Assembly: GCA_031393955.1 (NCBI GenBank)
Contig: JANMWI010000015.1
Span: 7,320-71,319 of the forward strand
DNA: 64,000 nucleotides
Source: Acidobacteriota bacterium
GTDB taxonomy: Bacteria > Acidobacteriota > Vicinamibacteria > Vicinamibacterales > 2-12-FULL-66-21
Direction: 5' to 3'
Shown here: positions 26,389 through 34,201 of the stretch, piece by piece
How the letters are laid out: the number at the start of each line of letters is the position of its first letter
Position numbering within the stretch: the stretch's first letter is position 1
Position numbers and translations under genes: made by a program
Notes under the pieces: model-generated
Seen by the model: only the letters and a program-made list of their open reading frames with translations
Databases searched by the model: none
What the model was told of the DNA's origin: nothing

Positions 26389-26907
26389 CTACCGGGGCGG
26401 CAGGCCGGCCCGCTCCCGCGCCTGATCCAGATCGGCCAGCGCCTGCTCGACCTCGTGCCGGGCCGCCTCCCGGTCGCGCTCCGCCGACGCCGTCTGATAT
26501 TTGTGGATCGCCTTCTGCAGCGCCCACTTGAGGGCGAATGACGTCGCCGCGATCGTCATCCCCTCCCGGTTGGTGTATGGCGCGTAGCCGCGGAAGTCCT
26601 TCGGCGTGACCATGTCGAGAAATTCCTGGTGGGTCATGCCCGACTGCGGCGCCGGACCTTTGAGATAGTCAGGGCCGAGGATGTCCTCGATGGTCAGCGG
26701 CTTGCCGAGCACCTCGACGCGGTAGACCTGCTTCCCCTCGAGGCTGATCGCGGGCGGACGGGAGAGCGCCCGCTGCACTCGCCCGACCGAGACCGGCAGG
26801 TCGGCGGCGTCGGTCGCGCTGTCGACCTCGGCGGACAACGCCGGCGGCTGCAGGGCGTCCTGCAGCGGCGCCGCACAAAGGAGCAGGATCAAGGCCAGCA
26901 TGGGCAT
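26389..26907 (-). CDS. Hypothetical secreted protein (172 aa)
   Basis: Has an N-terminal hydrophobic signal-like segment (MPMLALILLLCAAPL) and coding-like composition. No domain was recognised. Confidence 0.5.
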   Translation of the reverse strand: MPMLALILLLCAAPLQDALQPPALSAEVDSATDAADLPVSVGRVQRALSRPPAISLEGKQVYRVEVLGKPLTIEDILGPDYLKGPAPQSGMTHQEFLDMVTPKDFRGYAPYTNREGMTIAATSFALKWALQKAIHKYQTASAERDREAARHEVEQALADLDQARERAGLPPR

Positions 26908-26990
26908 TGATTAGGACGCCGGCGCGCCGGCCGCGGCCTCAGGCGAACCAGCCGGGCCGCGCCCTCGTCTAAAGCGGCGGTGGCGGCGGA

Positions 26991-27152
26991 TCGGCCGCGA
27001 AGGATCGCAGCCGGCTCAAGCGTCAGCACATTGGCTTCGTGTTCCAGAGCTACTACCTCCTCGACCAGCTGACCGTCTACGAGAACCTCGACGTCCCGCT
27101 GTCCTACCGCGACACGCGGAAGCCGGAACGGGACAGCATGGTGGACGAGTAG
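26991..27152 (+). pseudogene. Remnant of a MacB/LolD-type ABC ATPase gene (Q-loop region only)
   Basis: The frame reads SAAKDRSRLKRQHIGFVFQSYYLLDQLTVYENLDVPLSYRDTRKPERDSMVDE-stop. This is the segment that follows Walker A in LolD/MacB-type ATPases. Walker A, the signature and Walker B are all absent. Confidence 0.6.
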
Positions 27153-27164
27153 GCGGAGCCCCGG

Positions 27165-27196
27165 GAAAGCAAAAGGCCGGCGCCCTGGCGCCGACC
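27165..27196 (-). terminator. Rho-independent terminator downstream of the RRM gene
   Basis: The minus strand reads GGTCGGCGC-CAGG-GCGCCGGCC (8 of 9 bp paired), followed by TTTTGCTTTCC. It sits about 40 nt after the stop at 27235. Confidence 0.65.
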
Positions 27197-27234
27197 TTGT
27201 GCTCAAACGATGCGAACGGGAGCGCTGGCTCAGC

Positions 27235-27609
27235 CTACCAGCGCGGTTCCTTGCGCCGGCCGCCGGAGAAATCCCCGTCGTCCATGCCTCGGCCGCCACC
27301 ACCGCCGCCGCCGCGGTACCCGCCACCGCCGCCCCGGCCGCCGCCGCCGAAGCCACCCTCCGGCTTGGGCCGGGCCTCGTTGACGACCAGCGCGCGGCCG
27401 TCCATCTGCTGCTCGTGAAATTCAGTGATGGCCTTCTGGGCCTCTTCGTCCGTCCCCATCTCGACGAACGCAAACCCGCGGGCGCGGCCGGTGGCCATGT
27501 CGCGCATCACCCGCACGCTGTCGACCTTCCCGGCACGGCCGAACAATTCGGTCAGCTGCTCTTCGGTCGCCGAGTATGGAAGATTTCCGACGTAGAGTCT
27601 CCTGCCCAT
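27235..27609 (-). CDS. RRM-type RNA-binding protein with Gly/Arg-rich C-terminal tail
   Basis: RNP2 LYVGNL and RNP1 RGFAFVEM are present, with a GGFGGGGRGGGGGYRGGGGGGGRG tail. An AGGAG RBS lies upstream of the ATG at 27609. Confidence 0.9.
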   Translation of the reverse strand: MGRRLYVGNLPYSATEEQLTELFGRAGKVDSVRVMRDMATGRARGFAFVEMGTDEEAQKAITEFHEQQMDGRALVVNEARPKPEGGFGGGGRGGGGGYRGGGGGGGRGMDDGDFSGGRRKEPRW

Positions 27610-27852
27610 GCTGTCACTTACTCCTGCCAATGACGCGCGATTGTCGACCAAGCAGGGTCCCCGCGTCCTGAACCACGCCCGCCGGAAAGCTCACGCGTAC
27701 CGCGTCTGCCGCGAGGCCTCGGCCCGCGCAGGCAAGCAGCGCGCTCTCAACTGGCCGGAGTATAGCAGATTGCATGCCGCCTCCCCGTCCGCCGCCAACA
27801 CCTCATCGATTCAGGCTTTACGCGTTTCCTGAGGCACAGTACAGTGGCACCG

Positions 27853-28692
27853 ATGCGTCTCACCCTTACCTCTCTGCTCTGCCTGCTGACGTTGGCGGCG
27901 GGCTGCGCGCGCGGCCACGAATACGAGCTGCGCGGCCAGATTCTCGCCGTCGACCTGGTCCGTCACGAACTCACCATCAAGCACGGCGACATCCGAGGGT
28001 TCATGCCCGGCATGACGATGGCGTTCAAGGTCAAGGACGCGGCGCTGATGGCAGGACGGACCCCCGGTGAGCTCATCACCGCAACCCTCGTCGTCACCGG
28101 CACCCGCGCCTATCTGTCGGCGGTGACGCCGACCGGGCGCGCGCCGCTGACCGAGCCGCCGCCGGCGCCGCGGGTCGACCTGCTCGAGCCTGGCGCCCGG
28201 GTCGCGCCGATTACCCTGACCAACGCGGCCGGCACGGCGCATCCGTTCACCGACTGGCGCGGCCGGGTGCTCGTCCTGACGTTCGTCTACACGCGCTGTC
28301 CGCTGCCGGACTTCTGCCCGCGTATGGATCAGGCGTTCGCCGCGGTGCAGCGGGCGGTCCGCGCCGAACCGGCGCTGCTCGGCCGCGTCATCCTGCTCTC
28401 GGTGAGCCTCGATCCGGAGTACGACACGCCAGCCGTGATCGGCGCGCATGCCCGCCGCGCCGGCGCCGACCCGGCGATCTGGCAGTTCGTCACCGGCGAC
28501 CGCCATGCGATCGAACCGTTCGCCGCCCAGTTCGGCGTGGCGGTCTTCCACGACGCCGCCGATGGCGGCACGCTAACCCACAACCTGCGGACCGCGGTCG
28601 TCGCGCCCGACGGCACGCTGGCGGCGATGCTGTCGGGCAGTGACTGGCCGCCGTCGGCACTCCTCGACGCCGTGAGGCGCGCGGGTGCGTGA
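27853..28692 (+). CDS. Lipoprotein fusing a CusF-like metal-binding domain to an SCO1/SenC thioredoxin-fold domain
   Basis: A lipobox (LAAGC) is followed by IKHGDIRGFMPGMTMAFKV, which resembles the CusF His/Met site. The SCO block reads VLVLTFVYTRCPLPDFCP...THNLRTAVVAPDG. Confidence 0.75.
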   Translation: MRLTLTSLLCLLTLAAGCARGHEYELRGQILAVDLVRHELTIKHGDIRGFMPGMTMAFKVKDAALMAGRTPGELITATLVVTGTRAYLSAVTPTGRAPLTEPPPAPRVDLLEPGARVAPITLTNAAGTAHPFTDWRGRVLVLTFVYTRCPLPDFCPRMDQAFAAVQRAVRAEPALLGRVILLSVSLDPEYDTPAVIGAHARRAGADPAIWQFVTGDRHAIEPFAAQFGVAVFHDAADGGTLTHNLRTAVVAPDGTLAAMLSGSDWPPSALLDAVRRAGA

Positions 28693-29395
28693 TCGGGCAG
28701 CGCCGCCGGGGGCGCTCCCGGCGCCGCCGCTCTCCGCCTTTACGCCGGCCGAGCGTCGTGTCCTGGCGCGCGTGCGCACGCCAGCCGAGGTGCAGCGCTA
28801 CCTGAACGCGCTGCCCTACAACACCGAGCCGGCGCCCGCGGGGGAAACGCTGCGGACCTTCCGCGGCGTCATCCGTCACCACCGGGCGCACTGCCTCGAG
28901 GCCGCCCTGACCGCCGCCGTCATCCTCGAGCATCACGGCTGGCCGCCGCTGGTGCTGTCCTTCGAGTCGATCGACCTGCTCGACCACGTCATCTTCGTCT
29001 ACCGGCATGGCGGCCGCTGGGGATCGATCGCACGGTCGCGCGACCCCGGCCTGCACGGCCGGCGCGCCGTCTTCGCGACGCCGCGCGCGCTCGCCCAGAG
29101 CTACGTCGACCCGTACGTCGACTTCACCGGCCGCATCACCGGCTACGCCGTCGCCGACCTTCGCACGCTCGGCCGCTACGACTGGCGACTGGCCGACGGG
29201 AACGTCTGGAAGGTTGAACGGATGCTGCTCGATCTGCCGCACCGCCGTCTCCATACCTCGGATCAGCGGATCGATCGCCTCAGGCGGCGCTACGTCGCGT
29301 ATCGTGACAAGTTCGAAGCCAAGCCGGTGTATTACGCGCGGCGGGATCGGTGGAGTCCGCTGCCGCCGGAGTTCGAGCGGCGGCCCGGACTGTGA
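28685..29395 (+). CDS. Hypothetical protein, possible transglutaminase-like/papain-fold cysteine enzyme
   Basis: The GTG start overlaps the SCO stop by 8 nt. A candidate Cys-His-Asp pattern is present (RAHCLEAALTAAV ... LDHVIFVY ... GSIARSRD). Assignment is by eye only. Confidence 0.4.
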   Translation: MRDRAAPPGALPAPPLSAFTPAERRVLARVRTPAEVQRYLNALPYNTEPAPAGETLRTFRGVIRHHRAHCLEAALTAAVILEHHGWPPLVLSFESIDLLDHVIFVYRHGGRWGSIARSRDPGLHGRRAVFATPRALAQSYVDPYVDFTGRITGYAVADLRTLGRYDWRLADGNVWKVERMLLDLPHRRLHTSDQRIDRLRRRYVAYRDKFEAKPVYYARRDRWSPLPPEFERRPGL

Positions 29396-29414
29396 TCGGG
29401 GGAACCGATCGGCG

Positions 29415-29717
29415 TCAGTCGAGGTCGAATTCGCGGGTCGGCTTGGTGATCGGCTCGTCGTTCGCCTGGCGCAGCGCTTCCTCGAAGCGCTTCGCGAGCG
29501 CGTCGCCGCGCGTGCGCTCCGCGGTGACGGACTTCTGGAACAGTGATTCGCGGCGCGCCGCTTCCTCGGCCAGCAGACGATGGGCGTCGCTCAGCTCAGG
29601 ACGGTCACCGCGGACCGGCTCCTCGTGCCGGACGATCCGCCGAAGGTTGGCGTCGACGACCAGCGTCGCCTGGCAACAGGGGCAGGTCGCCTCGAATTCC
29701 GACTGCAGCTTCGCCAT
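29415..29717 (-). CDS. Small hypothetical protein (100 aa) with N-terminal CPCC motif and a charged helical tail
   Basis: The ATG at 29717 is preceded by GGAGGAAC. The much longer track ORF (to 30452) is a shadow of the opposite-strand gene. Confidence 0.55.
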   Translation of the reverse strand: MAKLQSEFEATCPCCQATLVVDANLRRIVRHEEPVRGDRPELSDAHRLLAEEAARRESLFQKSVTAERTRGDALAKRFEEALRQANDEPITKPTREFDLD

Positions 29718-29750
29718 GCGGTTCCTCCTACTTGAGGGTACTATATCCGC

Positions 29751-30785
29751 ATGATCCGCGAGAGCCGCGTCGCGCTCATCGGCGCCCTGACCGCGGGGCT
29801 CTGCGCCGGCACGGCCGCGGCGCAGGAGCCGGCACCGCCCCGCCTCGAGGGTCCGTCGGTGCGCGTCAGCGGCCGGCTGGTCGCGCCGGACCGCTTTCGG
29901 CTGGCCGGCGGATCGCTGGTGCTCGCGCCGTCGGGGGCGACGCCCGCCGCCGACATCACCGACGTCGCGTTGTTCCCCGACGGCACCTTCAACTTCAACC
30001 ACGTCCCGCCCGGCCGCTACGAGATTCGCGCCCGCGCGTCGATGGCCCCGGGCGGCGTTCCGCACGTCGCGGTCTTCCGTCTGCGGGTCGAGGACAGCCC
30101 GATCACCAACGTCGTGATGCCGATGCTGCCGGCCGCCGGGCTGTCCGGCCAGGTGGTGTTCGACGCTGCGGCGCCGCGCCGGCCGGTCGGGGTCAGCGTC
30201 CGCGCGTCGCTCGTCACCGACGGCGTCATGCCGGACGACGAGGTCAGCACGGACCTGCAGCCCAACGGCGGCTTCGTGTTGCGGGGGCTGCTGGCCGGCT
30301 CCTACGTGCTGCGGCTCGATGGCCTGCCCGAGCCGTGGGCGCTCGACCGCGTCGAGCTGCGCGGCGAAGACATCACTGACGCCGGTCTCGAGACCGCGCC
30401 GGGACGGCGGACCGAGAACATCAGGGTCACCGTCACCGGCGCCGCCACCCACCTGTCCGGCCGGGTCGTCGACGCGGACGGGCGCGGCGCCGACGGCGCC
30501 GTCGTGCTGGTGATTCCGCTGTCCGAGCAGTTCTGGCGGTCCCAGAGCCGGCGGCTGGCGCGCGTCCGCACCGACCCGGCCGGCCGGTTCAGCATCCGCG
30601 GCCTTCCGGCCGGCGAGTACCGCGCGCTCGCGGCCGTCGAGCTCGATGCCGGCGCGGAGGCCCGTCCCGCGGCGTTGCGGCGGCTGTCGGCCGCGGGCCT
30701 CCCCGTCAGCCTGTCGACGTCGACACCGGTCGTCGTCGATCTGGCTCTCACCCCGGCGCCGCCGGATGGCGCGTCGCCGCGGTGA
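29751..30785 (+). CDS. Secreted protein with carboxypeptidase-regulatory-like (CarboxypepD_reg) beta-sandwich repeats
   Basis: A signal peptide is followed by repeated G-x-V/F...DG-F-F..-PG-Y motifs (DGTFNFNHVPPGRYEI, NGGFVLRGLLAGSYVL, AGRFSIRGLPAGEYRA). Confidence 0.6.
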   Translation: MIRESRVALIGALTAGLCAGTAAAQEPAPPRLEGPSVRVSGRLVAPDRFRLAGGSLVLAPSGATPAADITDVALFPDGTFNFNHVPPGRYEIRARASMAPGGVPHVAVFRLRVEDSPITNVVMPMLPAAGLSGQVVFDAAAPRRPVGVSVRASLVTDGVMPDDEVSTDLQPNGGFVLRGLLAGSYVLRLDGLPEPWALDRVELRGEDITDAGLETAPGRRTENIRVTVTGAATHLSGRVVDADGRGADGAVVLVIPLSEQFWRSQSRRLARVRTDPAGRFSIRGLPAGEYRALAAVELDAGAEARPAALRRLSAAGLPVSLSTSTPVVVDLALTPAPPDGASPR

Positions 30786-31537
30786 CCGTGAAACCCGCTG
30801 AGACCAGGCCGGCGCGGCGTCATGTCGACGTCCGCGTTGCCACCTATAACATCCACCGCTGCCGCGGCATGGATCGGCGCACCATGCCGGGGCGGATCGC
30901 GGACGTGATCCGCAGCCTGAACGCCGACGTCGTGGCGCTCCAGGAAGTGATCGGCGCGGGACCGGCCGGCGCCGGCCAGGCGGAGGAGATCGGCGCGGCG
31001 CTCGGCATGGGTTGGGTGATGACGTCGGTGCGGCAGCTCCGCAACCATCTCTTCGGCAACGTCGTCCTCAGCCGCTTCCCGATCGTCCACCACAACCAGT
31101 ACGACCTGTCGTGGCGGACCTGCGAGCCGCGCGCCTGCCAGCGCGCCGACCTCGATCTCGGCAGCGGCCAGCGGCTCCGCATCTACAACGTCCATCTCGG
31201 CACGGCGGTGCTCGAGCGCCGCTATCAGGCGACCCGGCTCGCCGCCTTTGTCCACGACCGCCGCGTCGACGGGCCGAAGGTCATTCTCGGCGACTTCAAC
31301 GAATGGACGCGCGGCCTCGCCACCAAGACGCTGACGGCGCTGTTCGAAAGCGTCGATATCTACGCCCACCTGAAGCGGCGGCGGACCTATCCCGGGCTGT
31401 TCCCGTTCCTGCACCTCGATCACATCTACTACGAGGGGCGGGTCGAGGTCCGCGGCGTCGAGCTGACCCGCTCGCGCGCCGCGCTGATGGCGTCGGACCA
31501 CCTGCCGCTCGTCGCCGACCTGCGCATCCGCTTCTAG
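30782..31537 (+). CDS. Endonuclease/exonuclease/phosphatase (EEP) family protein
   Basis: Contains VATYNIHRCRG, VVALQEV, GDFNEW and the C-terminal SDHLPLVADL. The GTG start overlaps the upstream stop. Confidence 0.8.
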   Translation: MTVKPAETRPARRHVDVRVATYNIHRCRGMDRRTMPGRIADVIRSLNADVVALQEVIGAGPAGAGQAEEIGAALGMGWVMTSVRQLRNHLFGNVVLSRFPIVHHNQYDLSWRTCEPRACQRADLDLGSGQRLRIYNVHLGTAVLERRYQATRLAAFVHDRRVDGPKVILGDFNEWTRGLATKTLTALFESVDIYAHLKRRRTYPGLFPFLHLDHIYYEGRVEVRGVELTRSRAALMASDHLPLVADLRIRF

Positions 31538-31642
31538 GCGGCGCGCGTCGGCACGCGGCATCGCGCGCGCAGCGGTCGGGGAATCAGTATCGAAGGAAGG
31601 AAGCGGGCAGGCGGCGGGACGGGAGCGCGGCGCGAGCCGCGC

Positions 31643-31864
31643 TCAGGACTCTTCGTATTCGTTTTCTTCGGGAGGCAGCAGCCGCGTCGACGGCCGCAGC
31701 GCCTCGCGATGGTCGAACAGCGGCAGATCGCGAACGTGGAGGGTGAGCGGGCAGCCGGGGCCCTTCTGATCGACGACGACAGTCACCGGACTGCCTTCGA
31801 CGCCTTCGCGGAAGCCGACGCGGCAGCCGCAGGCGAGACGGGCGTTGGTGAAGCCTTTCAACAT
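31643..31864 (-). CDS. Small hypothetical protein (73 aa), three Cys, acidic C-terminus EENEYEES
   Basis: The ORF starts 15 nt downstream of the TlpA-like stop on the same strand. A GC hairpin (31625-31642) abuts its stop codon. Confidence 0.45.
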   Translation of the reverse strand: MLKGFTNARLACGCRVGFREGVEGSPVTVVVDQKGPGCPLTLHVRDLPLFDHREALRPSTRLLPPEENEYEES

Positions 31865-31879
31865 CCTGGAGGGATCATA

Positions 31880-32419
31880 CTACAGGAGTGCCTTGATCTC
31901 CTGGTCTGCCTGCGCCTTGGTGACCGGGCCGAAATGCTTCTTGCTGATCGTGCCGTCGCGGCCGATGAAGAACGTCACCGGCACGCCGAAGATCGGTCCG
32001 TAGGCCTCATCGACATCGTCCTGCATCAGCAGCACGGGGTAGTTCATCTTCTTCGTCGGCGCGTAGGCGCGCAGCGTCTCGGCGGTGTCGTCGATCGAGA
32101 TCCCGAGTACGACGACGCCGCGGCCCTTGTACTCGTTGTAGGTCTGGACCAGCTCAGGAATCTCGGCCTGGCAGGGACCGCACCAGGTCGCCCAGAAGTT
32201 GAGGACGATGACCTGGCCCTTGTAGTCGGCGAGGCGCACGGCGGCGCCGTTCATGTCCTTGACCGTCAGATCGAGCTTCGCCGGCTTGCCACTGCCGGGG
32301 GACGCCGCAGCCGGCGCGGCTGCCGGCGTCCGCTCGCGGATCAGCCACGGCACCGTCAGGAGCGCCACCGCACAGACCGCTGCGCCGCCCGCTATCCATC
32401 GACTTGTCATCGTTGCCAT
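31880..32419 (-). CDS. TlpA/ResA-like periplasmic thiol:disulfide oxidoreductase
   Basis: A membrane anchor is followed by NFWATWCGPCQAEIPEL, the thioredoxin-fold CxxC. Confidence 0.85.
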   Translation of the reverse strand: MATMTSRWIAGGAAVCAVALLTVPWLIRERTPAAAPAAASPGSGKPAKLDLTVKDMNGAAVRLADYKGQVIVLNFWATWCGPCQAEIPELVQTYNEYKGRGVVVLGISIDDTAETLRAYAPTKKMNYPVLLMQDDVDEAYGPIFGVPVTFFIGRDGTISKKHFGPVTKAQADQEIKALL

Positions 32420-32448
32420 TCTCTTTCGTGTGTGTGCCCGGCGGCCGG

Positions 32449-33207
32449 TTAGCGCATCCCCGCCTGCAGGTAGGTGACGAGCTGCGGCAAGCCGGCCGGC
32501 CGCCCCCTGGCGACGACCACGTAGGTGCGTTCGGGACCGGACCAGGCGATCGCTTCGTGGCCGAAGGTCTCGAGGATCTGATTGTCGGTGACCTGCCGCC
32601 GCAGCTGCCGCGGCAGGACGAACAGCGACAGCGGCTGGCCGTGCCAGCGATACAGCAGGTGGGCGGTCGTCCCGCTGGCGGTCAGGCAGCGGCGGACGCC
32701 GAGCAGCTCGAGCCCCGCCGCCGCGGAGGTCTGCGGCACCCGCACCGCCCAGCCGTGCGACGCCAGCCAGTCACGCTCGGCGACCGCGGCGTCGGCATGG
32801 GTGAGACGCTCGGGGGCGACCTGAAAGCAGCGTGTGTGATCGGCGGCGAGCTGGGCGGCGACCGCTTCGACGTTGTCGTTCAGACCGAACACGAACGCGC
32901 CGGCGACCGCCAGCACCAGCGTCGCGGCGAGCGACAGCGGCAGCCAGGGCCGGACCGTCCGCGCCGCGCGACCGCCGCCGATCAGACGCTGGGCGGCGCA
33001 GCGGGCGCGGAGCCCATCCGGCGCGCAGGACCGGAGCTGGTCGCGCCGCGCCGCCACCACGCCGCGGGCGACGCGCTGCGCGTCGACCTGGTGACGGCAC
33101 TTGGGGCAGCGGCCGAGGTGCGAATCGACCGTCGAACGGACGCCGTCGTCCGCGTCGCCATCCGCGTAGGTGGCGAGCAGCGGCTCGAGCTCCTGACACT
33201 TATTCAT
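32449..33207 (-). CDS. Anti-sigma factor (zf-HC2) with one TM helix and an extracytoplasmic domain
   Basis: The N-terminal CQELEPLL...HLGRCPKCRH is a ZAS-type HxxxCxxC. The central TM is WLPLSLAATLVLAVAGAFVF. It lies directly downstream of the ECF sigma gene. Confidence 0.8.
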   Translation of the reverse strand: MNKCQELEPLLATYADGDADDGVRSTVDSHLGRCPKCRHQVDAQRVARGVVAARRDQLRSCAPDGLRARCAAQRLIGGGRAARTVRPWLPLSLAATLVLAVAGAFVFGLNDNVEAVAAQLAADHTRCFQVAPERLTHADAAVAERDWLASHGWAVRVPQTSAAAGLELLGVRRCLTASGTTAHLLYRWHGQPLSLFVLPRQLRRQVTDNQILETFGHEAIAWSGPERTYVVVARGRPAGLPQLVTYLQAGMR

Positions 33208-33213
33208 TCGTGC

Positions 33214-33861
33214 TCACACCACATCGGCTGTCTGCTTCCCGGCGCCGGGCGGCGTCCCGCCGGAGCGTCCCGCCGTCAGCCGCTCGAGCAGCGCCCGGCG
33301 GCCGCGCGAAATCCGCGACATCACCGTTCCGATCGGCACGTCGAGGACACCGGCGATTTCCGCATACGTCAGTTCCTCGACATCCCGTAGCCAGACCGCC
33401 TGGCGGAAGGCCTCGGGGAGACCGTCGAGCGCCGCCTGCAGATCCGCGTCGAGCGTCGCGCGCGTCAGCAGCTGCTCGGGCGAGAAGTCCCGGGTCGCAT
33501 CGCCGGCCGCCTGCTCGACGATGTCGCTGTCGACGGCGATCGGGCTCCGCACGTCATGGCGGCGGACGTTGCGGAACGTATTCTGGAGGATCGTGAACAG
33601 CCACGCCTTCAGGTTGGTGCCGCGCTTGAACTGCGCCGACGAGCGGAACGCCTTCAGATAGGTTTCCTGAACCAGGTCCTCGGCGTCGCTCGGCCGTCGG
33701 GTCAGGCGCATCGCCATCCCGTACAGACTGTCGAGGTACGTGAGGGCGTCGGCCGCGAACCCGTCGTCTGCCCGCACCTCATCCTCCGCACCGGGCCGCC
33801 CGGCGGCGGGGGCCCCGGCGCCGGGACTGTCGGGCGCGGGCGAGCGGCGGCGAAAGACCAT
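33214..33861 (-). CDS. ECF (group 4) RNA polymerase sigma factor
   Basis: The region 2 block is [16 protein letters not shown]...[17 protein letters not shown]. The region 4 block is [31 protein letters not shown]. Confidence 0.9.
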   Translation of the reverse strand: MVFRRRSPAPDSPGAGAPAAGRPGAEDEVRADDGFAADALTYLDSLYGMAMRLTRRPSDAEDLVQETYLKAFRSSAQFKRGTNLKAWLFTILQNTFRNVRRHDVRSPIAVDSDIVEQAAGDATRDFSPEQLLTRATLDADLQAALDGLPEAFRQAVWLRDVEELTYAEIAGVLDVPIGTVMSRISRGRRALLERLTAGRSGGTPPGAGKQTADVV

Positions 33862-33891
33862 GTCGCGAACCCGGCCGCCCTTATGGGATGT

Positions 33892-33918
33892 AACACCAGT
33901 CGGCAGCCGGTTTATTCC
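33892..33918 (-). promoter_or_regulatory. Weak candidate ECF-type autoregulated promoter (GGAAT-N17-GTGTT)
   Basis: The minus strand reads GGAATAAACCGGCTGCCGACTGGTGTT, about 31 nt upstream of the sigma factor ATG. The match to GGAAC-N16/17-(C)GT(T/C) consensus patterns is only partial. Confidence 0.25.
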
Positions 33919-34201
33919 TGATCATTGTACCGGATGCCCGGAAAGGGGGACGCCGGCGATGCCGGCGGGTGACATTTGAGCGCCAGGCGCAGACGCCAAA
34001 GCGGATTTCCGCAGCGATCATCGCGGGCGGCCCCGGTACGTGGCTTGCTCAGGCGCCAGCCGGCAGCCACAGCGGCGGCGCCCCGCGGGGACGCGGGCGT
34101 TGCGGCAGCTGTCTTAGCTACAGTAACATCGGCGACGAGCCGCCGACGCGCCGTGTGCCGTCGGCCGGGCTGCCTTCCGCTGCCGTATCCGAGGTGAATT
34201 T

